From the NCBI GenBank assembly GCA_963849325.1, contig CAWKHF010000002.1, positions 576,001 to 640,000 of the forward strand: a DNA stretch of 64,000 bases. The letters are read 5' to 3'. Under the pieces are notes generated by a model. The model was given only the letters and a program-made list of their open reading frames with translations. It was not told the DNA's origin and ran no database searches. Both the position numbers and the translations under genes were made by a program. The stretch comes from an uncultured Planctomycetota bacterium (GTDB lineage: Bacteria; Planctomycetota; Planctomycetia; Gemmatales; Gemmataceae). Positions 53,806-64,000 of the stretch are shown piece by piece; positions within the stretch are counted from its first letter, which is position 1; each line of letters begins with the position of its first letter.

Positions 53806-55849
53806 CGTTTCTACGCGCCGAGACTTCGTATCCGATGGTGATGTGCCTGCGTCCGGTGGCCGTGCAGGCCGGCCAAACCACGGAATGCGAGGTGATGGCT
53901 CGCTACAACCTGCACGGAGCGTACCAGGTCTTCGTCACCGGCGAAGGGGTGACGGCGACCGTGGCGCCGTCGCAGACGCCGCCCAAAACGGGTACGACGA
54001 AGCGACAAACGAGCACCCTTAAGGTCCGTTTCCAGGCCGCCCGCCGAAGCGCTGCTCGGCGTGCGCGACGTGCGCGTCGCCACGCCGCAAGGCGCCTCCA
54101 CGCTGGGACAGATCGTCGTGGTGCGCGATCCCATCGTTCGGGAGGCGGCCAATAACGATACGCTGCAAACGGCCCAGGCGATCGCCTTGCCGGCGACCGT
54201 TTGCGGCGCCATCGAAAAGCGCGAGGACGTGGACTTCTACAAGTTCAAGGTCGCGGCCGGCACGGCGCTGACGTTTCACGTGCGCTGTCAGCGCCTGGAG
54301 AACCGCATTCACGACTTGCAGGAGCACGCCGATCCCATCCTCAGTCTGCGCAACTCCGTCGGCACCGTGCTGGCGTCGAACGACAATTTCTTTTTCGGCG
54401 ATCCACTCCTGCACTATCGCTTCGCGTCGGCCGGCGAGTATTACCTGGAGGTCCGCGACACGCGCTACGGCGGCAACCCCTACTGGCAATATTGCATCGA
54501 GATCAACGATCGGCCCTTTGTCACCAACGTCCACCCCATGCACGTGACGCCCGGCCGCACGACGCGGCTGCGCCTGATGGGCCACAACCTGCCGGCCGAG
54601 CCGTTCGCCTCGCTGACGCTGCCGGCCGAGACGCCGGAGGGGCCGCAATGGGTCCTGTTGCCGCTGGGCCAAGACAAGAGCAACGCGGTGCCTGTCGTCG
54701 TCAGCCGCGCGCCGGCGGTCGTCGAGAGCGGAGAGCGAACATGCGACGCCGGCGACGGCGCAGCCGATCGCGGTCCCCTGCGGCGTCAGCGGCTGCATCG
54801 CCCGAGAGGACGAGACGGATTGCTACTCCTTCGAGGCCAGGGCCGGCGAGCGCTTCACCATTGCCGTCCTCGCCCGCGCGCATCAGTCGGCGCTCGATTC
54901 CCTCGTGCGCATCGTCAACGCCAAGGGGCAGAGTCTCGTCGAGAACGACGACGCGCGCGACCGCTACGTCCATGCCGATTCGCTGATCGAGAACTGGGCG
55001 GCGCCGACGACGGGGCGTTACACCATCGAGGTCCGCGATCTACACGCGCGCGGCGGTGAGGAGTTCGTCTACTTCCTGAAAGTCGTCCGCAGCGAACCGC
55101 ACTTCCAGCTGGAGATCGACACGGACAAGACGCTGCTGGCCCCCGGCCTGGCGAGTGTGATCTTCGTTCGCGCCGTGCGGAAGAACGGCTTCGCCGGCGA
55201 AATCCAGCTGGGCGTCGAGGGACTGCCGTCGGGAGTCACGGCCCATTGCGGGCGCATCCTCGCCGATGGAAAAGACGGCTGCCTCATCGTCCAGGCCGCC
55301 CCGGATGCCAAGCCGACTGCGGCCAACCTGCGCGTCTTCGGCACCGCGCCGTTGCCGGACGGCAAGGGCAAGCTGGCAGCGACGGCCCGGCCGCTCCAGG
55401 AGATCTACATGCCCGGCGGCGGACGCTTTCACTACCCCGCCGACATGCACACGCTGTCCATCAGTGACTCACTCGATCTGAAATCGGTAAAGATCAGCCC
55501 GGCGTCGATCACGCTTCGGCCGGGCGAGTCGAAACGGATTGACGTCACGATCGAACGCAGTCCCGGCTTCAAGGGCAACGTCACGCTCGACACGGTGTAT
55601 CAGCACCTCAGCAGCGTTTACGGCAGCAGCATGCCGCCGGGCGTGCGCATCGACGACCGGGCCAGTCAGACGCTGTTGACCGGCGGGCAGACGAAGGGCC
55701 ACATCACCCTGAAGGCGGCGGCGGACGCCAGGCCGGTCGAGAAGCAGCAGGTGCCGATCATGGCCCACGTCTCCATCAATTTCGCGATGAAGTGGACGTT
55801 TTGCGGCGAACCGCTGCTCATCACCGTCGCCAATCCCGCCGTCAAGTAA
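53714..55849 (+). CDS. pre-peptidase C-terminal (PPC) domain-containing secreted protein, frameshifted
   Basis: E..NNDT...AQ, DVDFYKF, DP.L.L, ENDD, G.Y.IEVRD; typical partner of DUF1549/DUF1553 genes. Confidence 0.8.
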
Positions 55850-55862
55850 GAGGCACGAACAA

Positions 55863-55974
55863 AATGCATTTTTGACCACGGATAACACGGATAACACGGA
55901 TAAAGAAAAACCAGAACGCTTCTGGTGTTTTAATATATCCGTGTTATCCGTGTTATCCGTGGTCAAAGTGCATT
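55863..55974. repeat. inverted repeat built from tandem 9-mer ACACGGATA units
   Basis: GACCACGGATAACACGGATAACACGGATA ... TATCCGTGTTATCCGTGTTATCCGTGGTC with an AT-rich loop. Confidence 0.9.
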
Positions 55975-56001
55975 CGGTTCGTGACCCGAATGCGCGGACA
56001 A

Positions 56002-56670
56002 TCAAAGTTTCGGCGTGTTGCGCAGGAGTTGAGCGGCGCGTTCGTCCAGGTCCGCCAGGGCGCGGTAGGCGCGAGCGCGGCCCTCATAGGCGTCCGCAGT
56101 CGGGTTGGTTTCGACGGCGCGACTGAACGCCTCGACGGCCTTGGGATATTCCTCGTGTTGCAGGTGCATTTCGCCGATGAGGCAACCGACATCGGCCGCC
56201 GTCCCTTGCGGCAGCGCCGGAACGCCGTTGGACTCGGACGCCTGTTCCGCCGCGCCGTCCTCCTCGTGATAATCGCGGTACTTCTGACGGAGTATCTCGC
56301 CCACGCGGGAGAACGTGACCTTGCGGTGCTTCAGACCGCGCAGGGCCGTCTCGCCTCCGCGCACGAAGGCGAAGAGACGATACAGGTCGGGGTGATTCTC
56401 GTCCAACCACTGCTCCACGTCGCAATGGGCGATGGTGTCGAACAGCTCGGCCAACTCCGGCGGCTGACGCGATTGGAGGGCTTGCAGCGCCGGCTTGTCG
56501 CCGTCGAGGGCCTTGGCCAGCAGGTACAGTCCGTCGCCTTTGTGTTTGAGCCAGCGCAAGGCCTCCGCATCACCTTCCAGGCTGCGCAGAAGGTAATAGA
56601 TTTCCGGGTCGTCCTTTTCCAGCCAGGCGAGGTCCACGACGGGCATCTTGGTTTCGCTCGTGTCCTTCAT
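56002..56670 (-). CDS. hypothetical protein with a C-terminal TPR
   Basis: IGEMHLQHEEYPKAVEAFSRAVE..P..DAYEGRARAY. Confidence 0.7.
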   Translation of the reverse strand: MKDTSETKMPVVDLAWLEKDDPEIYYLLRSLEGDAEALRWLKHKGDGLYLLAKALDGDKPALQALQSRQPPELAELFDTIAHCDVEQWLDENHPDLYRLFAFVRGGETALRGLKHRKVTFSRVGEILRQKYRDYHEEDGAAEQASESNGVPALPQGTAADVGCLIGEMHLQHEEYPKAVEAFSRAVETNPTADAYEGRARAYRALADLDERAAQLLRNTPKL

Positions 56671-56834
56671 CGCTGCACCTCTGTTTGCTATTCATGGCGG
56701 CACGAACCAGTCTGAATAAACAACACCAAATCGCGGGGGCGTCCGTCAAGGTTTCCTGCCCCACCGGCGCCCCGAACCGGACGGCGCGGTAGAATGCCTA
56801 CCGATATGCACCCCGAGTCTCGGAGATGGCCCCC

Positions 56835-57788
56835 ATGAACCGCCGGCAGTTCCTGACCGCTTCGGCCGCCGTCACCGCCCTCGCTGCCAGCCCAGCCGAG
56901 GAGGACGCATCCGTGTTCCCCGTCGTCGATACGCATCAACACCTGTGGGATCTGGGAAAATTTCGCCTGCCGTGGCTCAAAGGCGAATCGAAGCTCGCCA
57001 AAAATCACCTGATGTCGGACTACCTGGCCGCCACCGCCAATCTCGGCCAGGTGGCCGGAGCGCCGGCGCGGATCGTCCAGACAGTTTACATGGAAGTAGA
57101 CGTGGACCCGGCCCAGCAGAGCGCCGAGGCCGAGTATGTGCTCGACCTGTGCCGTCGCGCCGATAATCCGATGGCGGCCGCCGTCGTCTCCGGCCGTCCC
57201 GCCTCCGATGGTTTCGCCAAGTACCTCGATCCGTTCAAAGGCAGTGCGTGCATCAAGGGCATTCGACAGGTGCTGCACGGAGCTGGAACGCCGGCCGGCT
57301 ACTGCCTGGACCCGAAGTTCGTCCGGGGCATTCGGCTGCTGGGCGAACACGATTTGAGCTTTGATCTGTGCATGCGTCCCGGCGAATTGCTGGATGCCGC
57401 CAAGCTGATTGACGCCTGCCCCGATACGCGCTTCATCCTCGACCACTGCGGCAACGGCGACGTGCAGGCCAGGGACCGCTCGCAGTGGGAGAAGGACATC
57501 GCCGCGGTGGCCAAACGCAAAAACGTGGTCTGCAAGGTCTCCGGCATCGTCGTAACGGCGAAACCGGAGCGCTGGACGGCGGATGAATTGGCCCCGATCG
57601 TCAAGCACACGCTGGAAGTGTTTGGCCCCGACCGCGTGATGTTCGGCGGCGACTGGCCGGTATGCACCAAGACGGCGACCTTCGCGCAGTGGTTCCAGGC
57701 GCTGGCGTCGATCGTCCGCGGCCGCGGCGCCGACGAGCAGCGCAAGCTGTTCCACGATAACGCGGTGCGGGTCTACGGCCTGGAGTGA
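56835..57788 (+). CDS. amidohydrolase-2 family (L-fuconolactonase-like) with Tat signal
   Basis: NRRQFL, DTHQHLW, FILDHCG, CKVSG, FGPDRVMFGGDWPV. Confidence 0.88.
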   Translation: MNRRQFLTASAAVTALAASPAEEDASVFPVVDTHQHLWDLGKFRLPWLKGESKLAKNHLMSDYLAATANLGQVAGAPARIVQTVYMEVDVDPAQQSAEAEYVLDLCRRADNPMAAAVVSGRPASDGFAKYLDPFKGSACIKGIRQVLHGAGTPAGYCLDPKFVRGIRLLGEHDLSFDLCMRPGELLDAAKLIDACPDTRFILDHCGNGDVQARDRSQWEKDIAAVAKRKNVVCKVSGIVVTAKPERWTADELAPIVKHTLEVFGPDRVMFGGDWPVCTKTATFAQWFQALASIVRGRGADEQRKLFHDNAVRVYGLE

Positions 57789-57886
57789 TGACGACTGCTG
57801 AGCGGAAAAGCGTTGCTGCTCTTCCGCCGACCGCGTACCATCGATCCGTTGCCATTGAAGCCACACAAACTCCGCGAGGTACACCC

Positions 57887-60381
<2,495 letters not shown>

Positions 60382-60469
60382 CATCCTGTGATGGGCTGAG
60401 TACCCCGCCTGATGGCTCGATCTCGGAGCGTACAATGAGTAGAGGCGAATCATCAGGCGGAGGAGCTTC

Positions 60470-61198
60470 ATGCTCGATTTGCATTGTCACATTCTTCCGG
60501 AGATCGATGACGGGGCGGCCTCGTTGGACGAAGCCCTCTCCATGGCTCGTTTTTGTGTGAGAGACGGCATTACCCACATCACGGCGACGCCGCACTGTCA
60601 CCGTCACTTGCGGATGCTGCGGGCCGACATCCTGCCGCACGTCGCCCGCTTCAACGACGAGCTTCGCCGGGCGGAGATCGCGCTGACCGTCCTCCCCGGC
60701 GCGGAGATCCAGGTTTTCGATAGTGCCGTCTATCGGCGCGACTTCGAGGCCGGACTGTACTGCCATCTCGGCGATGGTCGTGCTTTCACGTTGCTGGAAT
60801 TCAGCTGGGACGGGCGGCGTTATCCTTCCGACGCGGCTGAGTTGGTGCAGTGGTTGCGGGAACAGGGAATGAGGCCGATCATCGCTCATCCCGAACGACA
60901 CGATTTCTTCCGCGCGGAGCCGGTTCGTCTCCGGGCCTTGACAGACGCAGGCGCGTGGTTGCAGGTCACGGTCGATTCGCTCTTGGGCAATCACGGAGGT
61001 GCGCCGCAGACAGCCGGAGAGCAAATGTTGTGCGATTACCCCGAGGCGGTGCTGGCGACCGACGCCCACAACCTCAAGCGATGCTCGGGGCTGTCGGCGG
61101 GGTATGACTGGGTGCGGAGACGACTGGGCCGCGAGAGGGAAGAGGATTTGCGGGCCAGGTCCCGGTTGGTCTTATCCGAATTACTGAGCGAAACCTGA
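60470..61198 (+). CDS. PHP-family tyrosine-protein phosphatase (CpsB/CapC-like)
   Basis: MLDLHCHILP.IDDG, ATPH, PIIAHPER, ATDAH. Confidence 0.9.
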   Translation: MLDLHCHILPEIDDGAASLDEALSMARFCVRDGITHITATPHCHRHLRMLRADILPHVARFNDELRRAEIALTVLPGAEIQVFDSAVYRRDFEAGLYCHLGDGRAFTLLEFSWDGRRYPSDAAELVQWLREQGMRPIIAHPERHDFFRAEPVRLRALTDAGAWLQVTVDSLLGNHGGAPQTAGEQMLCDYPEAVLATDAHNLKRCSGLSAGYDWVRRRLGREREEDLRARSRLVLSELLSET

Positions 61199-61211
61199 TG
61201 GGGGTTGGCGA

Positions 61212-62735
61212 ATGATCGAGATGCATGTTCTGCGAGGATCCGGGGTCCGCCTTGTGCTCGTTCTCACTCTGCTTTCTCTCTGCTCCAGTAGCGTCGTCGC
61301 CGAGTCGAACCAGAAACAAGCCATCGATGCACTCGTGGACCGGGCGCGGGGATTCTGGCACGTTCCCGGCGTCGCCGTCGCCATCGTCCGCGACGGCGAG
61401 TGGATTTACCTCCAGGGCCACGGCGTGCGCTCTGTCAAGGACAAGAAACCCGTCACGGCGGACACGCTTTTCCCCATCGCCTCCTGCACCAAGTCGTTCA
61501 CGACGACGGCCATGGCCATCCTCGTCGATGAGGGCAAGATGAGCTGGGACGATTCGCCGCGGAAATACGTCCCCTACTTCCACCTGTCCGACCCACTCGC
61601 CGATCGCGACGTCACCTTGCGCAACCTCGTCACCCATCGCACCGGCCTGCGCGGGCACGATCTGCTGTGGTATCGCTCGCCGTGGACGCAGGAGGAGATC
61701 ATCCGCCGCGTCGGCCGGCTGCCGTTGGATCAACCGTTCCGCACGACATTCCAGTATCAGAGCACGATGTTCACGGTCGCGGGTTTTGCCGTCGCCAACG
61801 CGGCCGGCACGTCCTGGGAAGAGTTCGTGCGGAAACGCTTGTTCGATCCGCTCGACATGAAGGCGGCCCGCTTCACCACGACCGCGGCGGCCAGGGTGGA
61901 AGACCGAGCCAGCCCCCATCGACTCAACGAACATTCGGAGCCGAAGCTCACTGAACTCTATCCGATGGAGGTGCCGGAGCCGGCGGGGTCCATCCAGGCC
62001 AACGCCCGCGACCTGAGCCAATGGCTGCGCTTCCATCTCGGCGACGGCACGGCCAACGGCAAGCGTCTCCTCTCGGCCCGCCATCTGCAAGCGACCCATA
62101 CGCCGCAGATCATGCTCGACATGGACCCTCTCGACCGCCGAATGTTCCCCGACACCAACCAGATGAGTTACGGCATGGGCTGGGTTGTTCAGGACCATAG
62201 CGGCCATCGCCTCCTTCAGCACGCTGGGGCCATCGATGGTTTCCGCTGTCATTTCGCGCTGGTCCCCGAGGCACGACTGGGTATCGCGCTGCTGTGCAAT
62301 CTGGACCAGACGCGCATGAACATCGCACTGAGCAACGGCCTGCTGGAACTACTGCTCGGTTTGCCGCACCGCGACTGGAACCAGGTCGTCTTTGAGGCGG
62401 AGCGGAAGGCTCACGCCGAGGTCGAGGAGAAGGAACGTCAGAGGCTATCCCGTCGTCATCTCCACACGCACCCTTCTCGGGAGCTGGCCGGCTACATCGG
62501 TCGTTACGAGCATCCGGCATACGGGACGGTGCGGATCGCTTTGCAAGATGGATCGCTCGTCTGGAAGTGGAACCATTTCAAGGCGGCGCTGACGCATTAT
62601 CAATACGACACGTTCACGCTGCCCATCGAGATCATGGGCGAGCCGCGCGTCGTTTTCACGCTGGATGACCGAGGGGCCGTGGCGCGCATGAAAGTGCAGG
62701 GCAGCATGGACGTGGAGTTCCGCCGCAGCCATTGA
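61212..62735 (+). CDS. serine hydrolase (beta-lactamase class C-like) with C-terminal DUF3471-like domain
   Basis: ASCTKS (SxxK), LVTHRTGL, FQYQS, HAGAIDGF, YIGRYEHPAYG. Confidence 0.9.
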   Translation: MIEMHVLRGSGVRLVLVLTLLSLCSSSVVAESNQKQAIDALVDRARGFWHVPGVAVAIVRDGEWIYLQGHGVRSVKDKKPVTADTLFPIASCTKSFTTTAMAILVDEGKMSWDDSPRKYVPYFHLSDPLADRDVTLRNLVTHRTGLRGHDLLWYRSPWTQEEIIRRVGRLPLDQPFRTTFQYQSTMFTVAGFAVANAAGTSWEEFVRKRLFDPLDMKAARFTTTAAARVEDRASPHRLNEHSEPKLTELYPMEVPEPAGSIQANARDLSQWLRFHLGDGTANGKRLLSARHLQATHTPQIMLDMDPLDRRMFPDTNQMSYGMGWVVQDHSGHRLLQHAGAIDGFRCHFALVPEARLGIALLCNLDQTRMNIALSNGLLELLLGLPHRDWNQVVFEAERKAHAEVEEKERQRLSRRHLHTHPSRELAGYIGRYEHPAYGTVRIALQDGSLVWKWNHFKAALTHYQYDTFTLPIEIMGEPRVVFTLDDRGAVARMKVQGSMDVEFRRSH

Positions 62736-62747
62736 TTCACTCGCGGC

Positions 62748-63938
62748 TCAGCCGTGTTCCTTCGGCCTTGTCTGCGCCCGCATGGCGGCGAGGACACGCG
62801 CGGCATACTCCGGGTTGCGGAAACGCAGGGCCAGGGTGCCGCGCATCGGGGAATAGCGCCCCAACTCGGCGGGTAGCTGCTTCGACAACAGCGTGCCGAG
62901 GATGAAGCCGCCGATGCCGCCGACGGCCAGGGCGGCGAGACCGATCACCAGCAGCAGCGAAGCCTCGTTCCGTCCTTCGTTCAGGGCCAGAAGCATCGCC
63001 ACTCCACCGCACAAACAGGCGCCCATCAGCATGCCGCGCATCCCGCCGCGCTGCTGTCGGTCTCGGATGGACTGCCGACAGGTTTCACAGATCGGGATCG
63101 CTACTTCCAGCGGTTGGCTCGCCGGCACAAGGATGCTCATCAGCGCCTCCCCGCGCACGGCGACGGGGAAAAGCATCGTCCGGTTGGTCCATTCGCCGCA
63201 ATCGCAGCAGTGCGGGGGAAAAGTCAATCGGGTCAGATGCACCGTGATCCAGCCGGCGGAATCGGGGACCGGGGAAACATCGTCGAGGCCGCGCGCATCG
63301 TACGCCTCGGATGGCGGCACGCCTCTCGGCAGTTGCCGCCCCAGGTGCCGGCCGAGGTGTAAAAGCAGTTCCCCCAGTTCGCCCGCCCTGACTTCGTAAC
63401 GTGCCGGCAACACCACGGTATCGGAGGAGATGAACAACCACTGCCGCGTCTTGACCTGCGCCCCGTGAGCGATCGGTGTCTCGTCGCGGCGCAGCTCAAT
63501 GAAGGGCACGGACTCCGCCGCCACCGGCAGCGTCAGCCCGACGCGCGGACTGTCGGCGTCCGGCACGAACGCATGTCCATCGACGTTGAAGACCGCCCAG
63601 GGACACCATACCGTTGTATCTCGGTACTTCAGCTCGACCCCTTCGGGGCGCAGCACGAGCGAATGGCCGCGCATCGTCAGCGACCAGCCCAGCCAGACGC
63701 TTGCTCCGAGGAGTAGACCGACCCCCAGCGCCAGCCGTTCGCCGTCGCCCTGGCCGGTGATGACGCACGACAGCAGGAAGGCGGCGCCGCCGAAGCCGAA
63801 CAGAAAGGCCAGGCCGTACATCTGTCGCGCTCCGATCGTCACCGGGCCTTGCGCCAGGTAAGCACGCGGATCGTGCAGCAACTCTTCCAGGTCGGGCAGG
63901 AAGCGCGTCAGGGATTGTCCCGCGGGCAGCACACTCAT
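62748..63938 (-). CDS. hypothetical membrane protein with CxxC...CxxC motifs
   Basis: 396-aa ORF, two TM pairs, FPPHCCDCG and PICETC. Confidence 0.7.
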   Translation of the reverse strand: MSVLPAGQSLTRFLPDLEELLHDPRAYLAQGPVTIGARQMYGLAFLFGFGGAAFLLSCVITGQGDGERLALGVGLLLGASVWLGWSLTMRGHSLVLRPEGVELKYRDTTVWCPWAVFNVDGHAFVPDADSPRVGLTLPVAAESVPFIELRRDETPIAHGAQVKTRQWLFISSDTVVLPARYEVRAGELGELLLHLGRHLGRQLPRGVPPSEAYDARGLDDVSPVPDSAGWITVHLTRLTFPPHCCDCGEWTNRTMLFPVAVRGEALMSILVPASQPLEVAIPICETCRQSIRDRQQRGGMRGMLMGACLCGGVAMLLALNEGRNEASLLLVIGLAALAVGGIGGFILGTLLSKQLPAELGRYSPMRGTLALRFRNPEYAARVLAAMRAQTRPKEHG

Positions 63939-64000
63939 GCGCGAAAACCTTTACAATGCTGGAGATTGTCCGGCGAACTCCTTCAATGTGACCGATCGGG

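Noticed and set aside
60470-61198. Capsule/EPS locus implied by the CpsB-like phosphatase
   Set aside because: No tyrosine kinase, glycosyltransferase or export genes nearby

Overview
GC-rich bacterial chromosome segment, almost certainly Planctomycetota and probably Gemmataceae-like (DUF1559 prepilin-like pair, DUF1501, DUF1549/DUF1553, LExLEDR-motif proteins, HEAT and PQQ-repeat proteins). Many genes are split by single-base frame changes, most likely long-read consensus indels, so I joined the pieces into single genes. Main content: a complete alternative complex III (actABCDEF) + SCO + A2-type caa3 oxidase operon behind a consensus sigma54 promoter; a Tat-exported PaoABC-like molybdoenzyme; typA, sixA, mgtC, pyrK, a RluB-like synthase, apgM, two ECF sigma/partner pairs, a Phd+PemK toxin-antitoxin pair, many secreted hydrolases, and several families of palindromic (REP-like) elements. 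Most notable: (1) two isolated integron-cassette-like relics with attC-like sequences and no integrase in the window, one carrying a PD-(D/E)XK nuclease-RAMA fusion (candidate modification-dependent defence gene); (2) a glucose-6-phosphate-isomerase homolog whose phosphate-binding serines are replaced by aspartates and whose catalytic Glu is Gln; (3) a stand-alone rplC with its own promoter; (4) duplicated atypical DUF1559 genes sharing a conserved promoter and 5'-UTR hairpin; (5) palindromic repeat arms that form parts of coding sequences. No rRNA, tRNA, CRISPR array, transposase or integrase was recognised. All family calls are from motif recognition by eye, not database searches.
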